NCBI GenBank assembly: GCA_934691225.1
Contig: CAKUSQ010000001.1
Span: forward strand, 120,001-152,000
Length of the DNA stretch: 32,000 nt
Reading direction: 5' to 3'
From: an uncultured Opitutales bacterium
Lineage (GTDB): Bacteria > Verrucomicrobiota > Verrucomicrobiia > Opitutales > UBA9783
Part shown: one piece after another, positions 1-8,896 of the stretch
How the letters are laid out: each line of letters starts with the position of its first letter
Position numbering within the stretch: the first letter of the stretch is position 1
Notes under the pieces: generated by a model
What the model was told of the DNA's origin: nothing
Databases searched by the model: none
What the model saw: the letters and a program-made list of their open reading frames with translations, nothing else
Made by a program: the position numbers and the translations under genes

Positions 1-15
1 CTCATACAACACCTT

Positions 16-207
16 TTAAGGCATCAACAAGAAATTGCGAGCTTGCTTAACAATTTTTGTCAAATGACGCTGCTCCATCGCCGTCAAACGAGTAATCTTG
101 CGCGGCAAAATTTTTCCAGTTTCTGTTGTAAAATTTTTCAACTGATCAACATCGCGCCATGTTAACTTCAATACCGAAAGCTTCTCTTTGTTTTCGTTTC
201 CACTCAT
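16..207 (-). CDS. rpsR: 30S ribosomal protein S18
   Basis: 63-aa ORF. The C-terminal GKILPRKITRLTAMEQRHLTKIVKQARNFLLMP matches the conserved S18 core (GKIxPRRxTxxxxxxQRxLxxxIKxAR). Confidence 0.9.
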   Translation of the reverse strand: MSGNENKEKLSVLKLTWRDVDQLKNFTTETGKILPRKITRLTAMEQRHLTKIVKQARNFLLMP

Positions 208-319
208 GTCTTATATTTAAAAATATGTCTTTAATCAAAAACACATCCAAAGGCATTGGCAAGCGTAAAGTTTAATAATTATAGAAAAACATCTTTAAAG
301 AAAGCTATGTATATTTTTC

Positions 320-347
320 TTGAAACATCATTGAATAAACATAGAAT
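320..347 (+). promoter_or_regulatory. Putative sigma-70 promoter of the fumarase-family gene
   Basis: TTGAAA (320-325), 16-nt spacer, TAGAAT (342-347). Only 8 nt separate the -10 from the ATG at 356 and there is no SD, so the mRNA would be leaderless or nearly so. Confidence 0.45.
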
Positions 348-355
348 TTGTAAAA

Positions 356-1726
356 ATGAACGAAACTTTTCGAACAGAAGAAGATATTTTAGGGACTCTA
401 ACACTTCCCAGCGGCTGTCTACATGGGATCGCTACCGAACGTGCTTTGCGTTGTTCCTCGATAGGTTCGCACAAAGTACCGAATGAATTTATTCATACCC
501 TAGGGCTTGTAAAATACGCCTGTGCTTCTTCCAACGAAATTTTAGGCGTTTTATCCCCGGTCAAAGCCACAGTTATAAAAAAAGCTGCTTGGGAAATTTA
601 TGAAGGGAAGCACGACATGGCTTTCCCGGTAGAAATTTTTCAAACAGGTGGCTGCACACCAACCAATATGAACGTCAATGAGGTTATCAAAAACCTTGCG
701 AATAAAACATTTCCTAATTTAAACGTTCATGCAAACAATGATTGTAATTTAGGGCAATCTACGAACGATGTCATCCCAACTGCGTTAAATATTACACTAC
801 GAGAATTATCAAAACACTCGTTATTACCTGCACTTAAACATTGCTGTGACATTTTAACCAGCAAAGCTATCGCTTGGAAAAACATTACAATCCTAGGACG
901 CACCCACACAATGGATGCTGTACCTATGACATTAGGGCAAATTTTTTCAGGCTATAAGCGGCAAATTGAAAAAAATATTGAAAATATACAACTTAGTTTA
1001 CAGCGCTTTACTGAACTTCCTATAGGTGGCACTGCCGTTGGGAATGGTACCAATTCACATCCTAAATTTGGCTCATGCACCATCGAAATTCTTAACGATG
1101 TTTTAAAGGATACTTACATTTCTAGCCATAATTCTTTCGAACAACAATCGTCGCGCGATGACTATGTATATTTTTCAGGATTATTGGATACATTAGCTAC
1201 GTCTCTCATCAAAATAGCTAACGATATTCGCTGGTATGGATCGGGGCCTATAGGCGGCATCAATGAACTCATCTTGCCTCCTACTCAAGCAGGCTCTTCC
1301 TGTATGCCCGGGAAAGTTAATCCTGTTGTGTGTGAAACTTTACTGCAAGCTTGCATTTACACACAAGGTCATTGCCTCATGATTAGAAATTGTGCTGTTA
1401 TAGGTGGTCAATTCCAACTCAACACAACCACAATGCTGCTTATTTATGCACTTATCGAAAGCATTCGGACCTTATCTAAAACGATAGAGCTCTTTACAGA
1501 CCTCCTGCTAAAAGGCCTTCAACCCAACCTAGAAACAATTAAACAACATGTAGAAAATGCTTACAGCATACTAACGGTACTAGCACCCAAAATTGGATAT
1601 GACTTAGTAGCAAAAATTTCTAAAGAAGCACAAACCACTCATCAACCTTTAATACAAACTGTACAAAAATACTGTCCTCAATTTGATGATGAACAACTGC
1701 AGCAAATGCTATACATAAAATCATAA
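356..1726 (+). CDS. fumC: Class II fumarate hydratase / aspartate ammonia-lyase superfamily enzyme (fumarase most likely)
   Basis: 456-aa ORF with family signatures: NMNVNEVI, GQSTNDVIPTA, GRTHTMDAVPMTLGQ, and the SS-loop GSSCMPGKVNP (canonical GSSIMPGKVNP). Length is typical of FumC/AspA. Confidence 0.8.
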   Translation: MNETFRTEEDILGTLTLPSGCLHGIATERALRCSSIGSHKVPNEFIHTLGLVKYACASSNEILGVLSPVKATVIKKAAWEIYEGKHDMAFPVEIFQTGGCTPTNMNVNEVIKNLANKTFPNLNVHANNDCNLGQSTNDVIPTALNITLRELSKHSLLPALKHCCDILTSKAIAWKNITILGRTHTMDAVPMTLGQIFSGYKRQIEKNIENIQLSLQRFTELPIGGTAVGNGTNSHPKFGSCTIEILNDVLKDTYISSHNSFEQQSSRDDYVYFSGLLDTLATSLIKIANDIRWYGSGPIGGINELILPPTQAGSSCMPGKVNPVVCETLLQACIYTQGHCLMIRNCAVIGGQFQLNTTTMLLIYALIESIRTLSKTIELFTDLLLKGLQPNLETIKQHVENAYSILTVLAPKIGYDLVAKISKEAQTTHQPLIQTVQKYCPQFDDEQLQQMLYIKS

Positions 1727-1859
1727 ATACACAAAATTTACACCAAAAAGATTTCTATCATCTAAAATAAATCTTTATTCCTTTGACGTTTTAAATTTTA
1801 GAGTTGATTTTTCTATAAAAAAAGATGTGATAAATTTAGAATTAAATTTTTGTAAAAAA

Positions 1860-4800
1860 ATGACGTATTCAACTCAGAGAGCTATTAAAGATGCTAACGA
1901 AGCGGCTGCATCAGTCGCCTATAAATTCAGTGAAATGGTTGCTATTTACCCTATCACCCCTTCTTCGCCTATGGCAGAATGGTGCGATCAATGGGCTACC
2001 GAAGGAAAGAAAAATTTATGGGGCATTGTTCCTGAAGTTGTTGAAATGGAATCCGAAGCTGGAGCCGCAGGAACCGTACACGGAGCTTTGCAAGGTGGCG
2101 TATTGACCACAACATTTACTGCTTCACAGGGATTATTATTGATGATTCCAAATCTTTATAAAATTGCAGGCGAATTAACACCTTTTTGCATGCATGTGAC
2201 CGCTCGCGCATTAGCTACTCACGGTTTATCTATTTTCGGTGATCATTCGGACATCATGGCTACTCGACAAACAGGAATGGCCTTGTTATGTTCTCACTCT
2301 GTCCAAGCTGCACACGATTTAGCGGCCATTGCGCATGCAACTTCTTTAAAAGCAAGCGTTCCATTTATTCACTTTTTCGATGGATTCAGGACATCGCACG
2401 AAATTAACACCTACACGCCTCTGGATGAAACTTCACTCAAAGCATTAGTAGATGAATCTGCATTATTGGAATTTCGCCAACGCGGATTAACTCCTGACAA
2501 CCCTGTTATTCGTGGTACAGCGCAAAATGCAGATGTATATTTTCAGGGCCGCGAACGCAGCAATCTCTTTTACCAGCATCTACCTGTTATTCTTGAAGAA
2601 AAGATGCGTTTATTAGAAAAATTGACAGGAAGAAGTTACCATTTATTTGATTATTACGGAGATCCTCAAGCTACATGCGTGTTTATTGCTATGGGTTCAG
2701 GATCAGAAACAATTCAACAAACGGTACAATATTTAATGTCTAAAGGAGAAAAAGTTGGCATGATCAATGTTCACCTATATCGTCCATTCTCCATAGAATT
2801 TTTCTTAAAGGCATTACCCATTTCCACACAAAAAGTTATTGTTTTGGATCGAACTAAAGAACCAGGAGCTGTAGCAGAACCTTTATGCCAAGACGTTCAA
2901 GCTGCTTTGCAAATGGCTGTTGCAAAAGGTTTACGAACCACGCTACCTCAAACGATCGGTGGACGTTACGGGTTGGGTTCAAAGGAATTCACACCTAGCA
3001 TGGTTCAAGCTATTTATACCGCAGCTAAAAACAACACATTAAAACATTCATTCACGATTGGTATTGAAGATGACTTAACACACTTATCTGTTCCTGTAAA
3101 AACATCTTTAAACCTAGAAACAAATGATGGTTTCCGAGCTATTTTTTACGGTCTAGGTTCTGATGGAACGGTTGGGGCAAACAAAAATACAATTAAAATT
3201 ATCGGTTCAGAAACTGACAAGTTTGTCCAAGCATATTTCGTTTACGATTCAAAAAAGTCAGGCGCTATGACGGTTTCGCATCTTCGTTTTGGACCTAATC
3301 CAATAAAAATGCCTTACTTGATTCAGTCTGCAAATTTCGTTGCTTGTCATCAGTTCCAATTTGTAGATCATTATGATGTCCTCTGCTCTTTAGAAAATAA
3401 CGGTATATTTTTGCTAAATGCACCCTTCTCTAAAGAAGATGTTTGGAGTAAACTTCCACAAGAGGTTCAGCAAACGATTTTGGAAAAACATATTCAGTTC
3501 TACGCTATCGATGCTTACGACGTCGCTCGTAAAACAGGAATGGGGGGACGAATTAATACGATTATGCAAACGTGCTTCTTTGCTATTTCTGGAATTTTGC
3601 CCAAAGAAGAAGCGATTACATGCATTAAAAATGCCATTAAAAAAACCTATGGTAAGAAAGGTGATGCGGTTGTAAAGAGCAATTGCGATGCGGTAGATGC
3701 AACCCTAGAACATTTACATAAAATCGAACCTAATAAATTATCGTTAAGTTCACGTAAACGTGTTCCATTAACATTATCAGGTGCTTCCGAGTTTATTCAA
3801 AAAGTAACCTGTGCATTATTAGAACAAAAAGGGGATTGTTTACCTGTAAGTTTTATGCCAACCAATGGAACTTGGCCAACAGGCACTACACGTTTTGAAA
3901 AACGTGATTTGGCGCAGTTTATTCCTGAGTGGGATCTTAGCATTTGTATTCAATGTAATCGTTGTTCAACGGTTTGCCCACATGCAGCTATTCGCGCCAA
4001 ACATTACGAAACATCAAAATTAGAGACGTCTCCTAAAGGTTTTAAATCCGCTGATTTCCGTTCTAAAGAACATCCTAATCATGCCTTTACTATTCAGGTT
4101 TCACCTGAAGATTGTACTGGTTGTGGGCTGTGTTCCGAAGTTTGTCCTGCAAAAAATAGACAAGATACGTCTAAAAAAGGGCTTAATATGGTGCTCAAGC
4201 GCGACATCTTTGATGTTGCAAAAACAAATTTTGAGTTTTTTGAAACCTTACCATGGCCTAACACGCTTCAAGATAAGATTGATGCTAAAAATTCACAATT
4301 TCGCCAACCTTTATTTGAATATTCAGGCGCCTGTGCTGGATGTGGAGAAACATCATACATTAAAATGTTAACACAACTTTTTGGTGATCACCTCCTCATT
4401 GCTAATGCCACAGGTTGCTCTTCCATTTACGGAGGAAATTTACCTACCACACCTTACACTAAAAACAATGATGGACGTGGTCCTGCATGGGCAAATTCAC
4501 TTTTTGAAGATAATGCAGAATTTGGTTTTGGTTTACGACTCTCGGCTGATAAAAAAACACAAACTGCTCGCGAGCTTTTAAAAGAATTACAACCATCACT
4601 CCAACACGATTTTTCTGATTTGCTCACAGCAAGTACAGACGATCAGCAACGTCTTAATAAACGTGAAAAAATTGCTATTTTAAAGCATGAACTGCTATCC
4701 TCAACCTCTGAAAAAGCAAAACTGCTGCTACCATTAGCTGACTTTTTGGTTGAAAAAACAGTCTGGACAATCGGCGGTGATGGTTGGGCTTACGATATTG

Positions 4801-5387
4801 GTTTTGGCGGCTTAGATCATGTATTGGCGAGCGGACGAAACGTTAATATTCTTGTTTTAGACACGGAAGTTTACTCCAATACGGGTGGGCAACAATCGAA
4901 ATCAACTCCTATAGGAGCTGTAGCAAAATTCGCAGCTGCCGGAAAAGAACGTGTAAAGAAAGACCTTGGCCTTCTGGCTATGATGTATGGAAATATTTAT
5001 GTTGCTCAAATAGCCATCCAAGCAAATCCTACACAAGCCGTAAAAGCTTTACTAGAAGCTAATAGTTATCCAGGAGCATCCTTAATTATCGCTTATAGTA
5101 ATTGTATTGAACACGGCTACGATTTGCGTTTTGGTGCAGAACAGCAACGTCTTGCAGTAGATTCTGGTTACTGGCCTCTATTCCGCTTTGATCCTCGTTT
5201 GACTGATCGAAATCCGTTACAATTAGATTCTGTTGAAACTAAAATTCCACTAACCAATTACTTAGAACGAGAAAATCGGTTTAAGGTTTTGATGAAATCA
5301 AATCCAGAACGTGCAGAAAAATTGCTCAAAAAAGCGCAAGAAGCCGTTTCGCATCGTATAGCGTTCTACAAACATTTAGCACAATAA
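1860..5387 (+). CDS. nifJ: Pyruvate:ferredoxin (flavodoxin) oxidoreductase, single-polypeptide PFOR
   Basis: N-terminal DANEAAASVAYKFSEMVAIYPITPSSPMAEW. Two 4Fe-4S motifs, CIQCNRCSTVCP and CTGCGLCSEVCP. TPP-binding region GGDGWAYDIGFGGLDH. I place the start at ATG 1860 rather than the track's GTG 1827, because homology begins at MTYSTQ and a TAGAAT -10-like hexamer sits at 1837-1842, downstream of the GTG. Confidence 0.92.
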   Translation: MTYSTQRAIKDANEAAASVAYKFSEMVAIYPITPSSPMAEWCDQWATEGKKNLWGIVPEVVEMESEAGAAGTVHGALQGGVLTTTFTASQGLLLMIPNLYKIAGELTPFCMHVTARALATHGLSIFGDHSDIMATRQTGMALLCSHSVQAAHDLAAIAHATSLKASVPFIHFFDGFRTSHEINTYTPLDETSLKALVDESALLEFRQRGLTPDNPVIRGTAQNADVYFQGRERSNLFYQHLPVILEEKMRLLEKLTGRSYHLFDYYGDPQATCVFIAMGSGSETIQQTVQYLMSKGEKVGMINVHLYRPFSIEFFLKALPISTQKVIVLDRTKEPGAVAEPLCQDVQAALQMAVAKGLRTTLPQTIGGRYGLGSKEFTPSMVQAIYTAAKNNTLKHSFTIGIEDDLTHLSVPVKTSLNLETNDGFRAIFYGLGSDGTVGANKNTIKIIGSETDKFVQAYFVYDSKKSGAMTVSHLRFGPNPIKMPYLIQSANFVACHQFQFVDHYDVLCSLENNGIFLLNAPFSKEDVWSKLPQEVQQTILEKHIQFYAIDAYDVARKTGMGGRINTIMQTCFFAISGILPKEEAITCIKNAIKKTYGKKGDAVVKSNCDAVDATLEHLHKIEPNKLSLSSRKRVPLTLSGASEFIQKVTCALLEQKGDCLPVSFMPTNGTWPTGTTRFEKRDLAQFIPEWDLSICIQCNRCSTVCPHAAIRAKHYETSKLETSPKGFKSADFRSKEHPNHAFTIQVSPEDCTGCGLCSEVCPAKNRQDTSKKGLNMVLKRDIFDVAKTNFEFFETLPWPNTLQDKIDAKNSQFRQPLFEYSGACAGCGETSYIKMLTQLFGDHLLIANATGCSSIYGGNLPTTPYTKNNDGRGPAWANSLFEDNAEFGFGLRLSADKKTQTARELLKELQPSLQHDFSDLLTASTDDQQRLNKREKIAILKHELLSSTSEKAKLLLPLADFLVEKTVWTIGGDGWAYDIGFGGLDHVLASGRNVNILVLDTEVYSNTGGQQSKSTPIGAVAKFAAAGKERVKKDLGLLAMMYGNIYVAQIAIQANPTQAVKALLEANSYPGASLIIAYSNCIEHGYDLRFGAEQQRLAVDSGYWPLFRFDPRLTDRNPLQLDSVETKIPLTNYLERENRFKVLMKSNPERAEKLLKKAQEAVSHRIAFYKHLAQ

Positions 5388-5394
5388 CATCATC

Positions 5395-5433
5395 CTCCAC
5401 CTGTAAAAATCACCACAGGTGGAGCTTTTTATT
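5395..5433 (+). terminator. Rho-independent terminator after PFOR
   Basis: Perfect 10-bp stem CTCCACCTGT (5395-5404) / ACAGGTGGAG (5415-5424), 10-nt loop, followed by CTTTTTATT. Confidence 0.8.
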
Positions 5434-5496
5434 CCCCACTCTTTGTAAAAAGTAGCACAATCATATTCATTTATTTCTAAAAATAAAAATTAAACA

Positions 5497-5525
5497 TTGA
5501 AAAATTTTCTTTAAAATTATATTAT
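5497..5525 (+). promoter_or_regulatory. Putative sigma-70 promoter of the response-regulator gene
   Basis: TTGAAA (5497-5502), 17-nt spacer, TATTAT (5520-5525), 35 nt upstream of ATG 5561. Confidence 0.5.
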
Positions 5526-5560
5526 AAAAATGTCGTTAAGGCAACTGTAGGGACTTAAAT

Positions 5561-6934
5561 ATGCAACTAGATAAAATATTGATTGTCGATGATGAACTTG
5601 TAATTCGAAAGGCATTGGAAGAACAGCTAAGGAGCAATCGTTACACGGTCGCTTCTGTATCTTCTCTCGCAGACGCTGAAGACATGCTTAATAAAGATAA
5701 TTTTGATTTAGTTTTTCTTGATGTTCGTTTACCTGATGGTGATGGAACGAAATTACTAAAGCATTTTAATGAATTACCTGACTCGTTTGAAAAACCTTTA
5801 ACGGTGGTTGTAACAGGTCACGGTTCTATTGAATCAGCCGTCGCTTGTATGAAATTAGGCGCCTTTGATTACATCATCAAACCTTTCTCTTTACAAGAAA
5901 TAGATGTTGTACTTCAAAAAGCAGAGACATTCAGTCATATGATGAAAATTAACCAATATTTTTCTGCTAAAGGCACAGATGGTGAAAATACCTGCGAGCT
6001 TCTCGGAGAAAGTCCAGCTATTCAACGGATACGAACTTTAATTTCCAAAGTGGCTGCCACTGAAGCCACAGTGCTCATCACAGGAGAAAATGGTACAGGT
6101 AAAGAACTGGTTGCACATGAAATTTATCGTCAAAGCCATCTATCCGGAAAACCTTACATTACTGTCAATTGTGCAGCTATCGCTGAAAATTTAATCGAAA
6201 GTGAATTTTTTGGTCATGAAAAAGGTGCATTCACACACGCTATACAACGTCGCATGGGACGTTTCGAATTAGCCAATAATGGTACTATTTTACTGGATGA
6301 AATCGCAGAAATCTCGCCTCATCTCCAAGCTAAATTATTGCGTGTATTACAAGAAAAAGAATTTGAACGTGTAGGTGGTACAAAAACACTTCGTGTCAAT
6401 GTGCGTGTTATCGCTTCAACCAATCGAGATTTGCGTCAATCTGTATTGAAAGGTGATTTTCGTGAAGACCTTTATTACCGCCTTAACGTTTTTCCTATAG
6501 AAATTCCACCTTTGCGCGAACGTGGAAATGATATTTTGCTGTTAGCCAACGCTTTTCTAAAAAAATATATACGTAAACATGGAATTCAGGTACAAGGATT
6601 TTCTGAAGAATCAAAAAAAGCTCTGCTTCAACATCGCTGGCCTGGAAATGTTCGAGAACTTCAAAACACCATCGAACGAGCTATTATTTTATCCAACGGA
6701 CAAGCATGGATTCAACCAACGGCGCTCAATTTAACATCGAACGATTGTGCATGCACATCCTGCCATCATGAACAAGAAATACCTTTAGTTAACTTAGAGA
6801 CTGTTGAAAAAAAACATATTCTTCATGTATTAAATGCTATGCAAGGGAACCGAACAAAAGCAGCTTCCTTGCTTAACATCAGCACACGTACCTTAAGCAA
6901 CAAACTTAAACAGTACGCTATTTGTAAAGAATAA
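5561..6934 (+). CDS. Sigma-54-dependent response regulator (NtrC/AtoC family enhancer-binding protein)
   Basis: Receiver domain (ILIVDDE ... DLVFLDVRLPDGDG). AAA+ domain (Walker A GENGTGKE, ESEFFGHEKGAFTHA, Walker B LLDEI, RVIASTNRDL, WPGNVRELQN). C-terminal Fis-type HTH (GNRTKAASLLNISTRTLSNKLKQY). Confidence 0.9.
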   Translation: MQLDKILIVDDELVIRKALEEQLRSNRYTVASVSSLADAEDMLNKDNFDLVFLDVRLPDGDGTKLLKHFNELPDSFEKPLTVVVTGHGSIESAVACMKLGAFDYIIKPFSLQEIDVVLQKAETFSHMMKINQYFSAKGTDGENTCELLGESPAIQRIRTLISKVAATEATVLITGENGTGKELVAHEIYRQSHLSGKPYITVNCAAIAENLIESEFFGHEKGAFTHAIQRRMGRFELANNGTILLDEIAEISPHLQAKLLRVLQEKEFERVGGTKTLRVNVRVIASTNRDLRQSVLKGDFREDLYYRLNVFPIEIPPLRERGNDILLLANAFLKKYIRKHGIQVQGFSEESKKALLQHRWPGNVRELQNTIERAIILSNGQAWIQPTALNLTSNDCACTSCHHEQEIPLVNLETVEKKHILHVLNAMQGNRTKAASLLNISTRTLSNKLKQYAICKE

Positions 6935-6958
6935 TTTTTTAAATTAAAAAATAACAGA

Positions 6959-8209
6959 TTAGTAAGGCAAAGGAAATTTTGCACACAATTCCTTGACGCA
7001 CATACGAATCTCTTCATTTCCATCCGCACTTCCCTCACATAACGTTTGGTGCATCAAATTCGATATCTGTTCCATTTCAGCAAGACCCATACCGCGTGAA
7101 GTTAAAGCTGCGGTTCCAATGCGTAAACCACTCGTTTGAAATGGACTGCGTGTTTCACCAGGAATCGTATTACGATTAACAGTAATCTTATTTTTTTCCA
7201 ATAATTCTTGCGCTTGTTTTCCAGATAGCTCTGCATGTGACGGCCTTAAATCCACCAAAAACAGATGGTTATCCGTTCCACCACTTACTAATTTATACCC
7301 ATTTTTTTGAAAACAATCTGCCAAACACTTTGTATTATTAATAACATTTTGCTGATAAAGCTTAAATTCTGGCATTAAAGCTTGTTTAAAACAAACCGCT
7401 TTGCCTGCGATTACATGCATCAAAGGCCCACCCTGCGTTCCAGGAAAAACAATAGAATCCACTGCTTTCGCATAACAGGCCTTACAAAGAATCAACCCTC
7501 CTCGTGGTCCTCGTAAAGTTTTATGGGTCGTTGTTGTAACAAAATCAGCGTAAGGAACAGGTGACGAATGCAAGCCTGCAGCCACTAAACCAGCAATATG
7601 CGCGATATCCGCTAATAAATAAGCCCCGCACTTTTTAGCGATTTTTGACATGCGCTCAAAATCAATAAATCTAGGGTAAGCAGAAGCTCCAACAGTAATC
7701 ATATTGGGTTTTTCACGCATCGCTACAGCTTCCAAATCATCGTAATCGATCCGCCCTGTTTCCAAATTTACCCCATAATGCACCACATTAAACAGCATTC
7801 CACTGATATTCTTACTGTATCCATGCGACAAATGACCCCCACAATCCAATTGCATCGTAAGTAATTTATCACCAGGCTTCAAAACGGACAAATACACAGC
7901 CACATTAGCTTGTGTACCTGAGTGCGGCTGAACATTTACATGCTCTGCACCAAAAACTTTCTTTGCACGATCAATCGCCAGCTGCTCTATTTGATCCACA
8001 CAATAGCATCCACCATAATAACGTTTTTCAGGATAACCTTCCGCATATTTATTAGTTAAAATGCTGCCAACTGCTTCCATAATTGATGGTAATGTAAAAT
8101 TTTCGGAAGCAATCAATTCTAAACCTTCATCTTGACGATGCTTTTCTCTGCGAATAAGTTCAGCAATTTCAGGATCAAATAATTCTAGCGATTGTATAGG
8201 CAATATCAT
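6959..8209 (-). CDS. glyA: Serine hydroxymethyltransferase
   Basis: 416-aa ORF. Contains [33 protein letters not shown], and the PLP-lysine motif [14 protein letters not shown]. Confidence 0.95.
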   Translation of the reverse strand: MILPIQSLELFDPEIAELIRREKHRQDEGLELIASENFTLPSIMEAVGSILTNKYAEGYPEKRYYGGCYCVDQIEQLAIDRAKKVFGAEHVNVQPHSGTQANVAVYLSVLKPGDKLLTMQLDCGGHLSHGYSKNISGMLFNVVHYGVNLETGRIDYDDLEAVAMREKPNMITVGASAYPRFIDFERMSKIAKKCGAYLLADIAHIAGLVAAGLHSSPVPYADFVTTTTHKTLRGPRGGLILCKACYAKAVDSIVFPGTQGGPLMHVIAGKAVCFKQALMPEFKLYQQNVINNTKCLADCFQKNGYKLVSGGTDNHLFLVDLRPSHAELSGKQAQELLEKNKITVNRNTIPGETRSPFQTSGLRIGTAALTSRGMGLAEMEQISNLMHQTLCEGSADGNEEIRMCVKELCAKFPLPY

Positions 8210-8256
8210 ATTTTTAAATAAACACAGGTGAAAACGAAATACAAGCCTTTAAACAC

Positions 8257-8277
8257 AAAAAAGCTCAAATATGAGCT
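8257..8277 (-). terminator. Possible rho-independent terminator after tsf
   Basis: On the minus strand: AGCTCA-TATT-TGAGCT hairpin (8262-8277) followed by a run of 5 T (plus-strand A run 8257-8261). The stem is short (6 bp). Confidence 0.4.
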
Positions 8278-8305
8278 CTTATGTGGTTAATTCATTACAT
8301 TTTTA

Positions 8306-8896
8306 TTATTCACCAAGCTGGAAACGAACAAAACGCTTGATAACAATGTTTTCACCTATCTTAGCAATTTTAGCGGTGATTAAGGATTGAATTGTCATGG
8401 ACGTATCTTTGACAAACGGCTGTTCCAATAAACAAATCTCGCTGAACCATTTATTCAATTTACCTTCAACAATCTTTGCAATAGCGGCTTCTGGTTTGCC
8501 AACACATTGAGCTTTCGCAATTTCTGTCTCCTTATCGATAGATTCTTGTGGAACATCTTCTCGTTTCAAATACAGCGGACTAGCAGCAGCAATATGCATA
8601 CAAACATCCAAAGCCAACTGCTTAAATTCTTCATTCCTGGCAACAAAATCCGTCTCACAATTGATTTCAACTAAAACGCCTAACTTACCTCCCATATGAA
8701 TATAGGACTCAATTAAACCTTCTTGAGCTGAACGTCCTGCCTTTTTAGCAGCACTTGCAACACCTTTTTTCTTTAAAATTACAACAGCTTCCTCTTCGTT
8801 ACCATTACTTTCAATCAAAGCTTTTTTGCAATCCACCAAACCTGCACCTGTTTTAGCACGAAGTGCAGCCACCATTTTTGCAGTTACTTCTACCAT
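8306..8896 (-). CDS. tsf: Elongation factor Ts (short ~196-aa form)
   Basis: N-terminal UBA-like motif [19 protein letters not shown], and core [11 protein letters not shown]. The start codon directly abuts the rpsB stop (0-nt gap), the canonical rpsB-tsf order. Confidence 0.92.
   Translation of the reverse strand: MVEVTAKMVAALRAKTGAGLVDCKKALIESNGNEEEAVVILKKKGVASAAKKAGRSAQEGLIESYIHMGGKLGVLVEINCETDFVARNEEFKQLALDVCMHIAAASPLYLKREDVPQESIDKETEIAKAQCVGKPEAAIAKIVEGKLNKWFSEICLLEQPFVKDTSMTIQSLITAKIAKIGENIVIKRFVRFQLGE

Noticed and set aside
345-355. TTTGTAAAAA motif immediately upstream of the fumarase ATG, also before the PFOR ATG (1847-1859) and at 5443-5453.
   Set aside because: Three occurrences of an AT-rich 10-mer in an AT-rich genome is weak evidence. 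The third copy is not near a start codon. It is more economically explained as A-rich unstructured leader sequence.
1027-1041. Sigma-54 promoter-like TGGCAC-N5-TTGG.
   Set aside because: The -12 element has GG instead of the essential GC. It lies in the middle of the fumarase coding sequence with no downstream gene start.
1827-1859. GTG-initiated 11-codon N-terminal extension of PFOR (MINLELNFCKK).
   Set aside because: PFOR homology begins at MTYSTQRAIKDANEAAA (ATG 1860). A TAGAAT -10-like element lies inside the extension, so it is more likely untranslated leader or promoter.
6935-6958. AT-only palindrome TTTTTTAAATTAAAAAA between the convergent regulator and glyA genes.
   Set aside because: The stem has no G-C pairs and would be too unstable to call an intrinsic terminator with any confidence.
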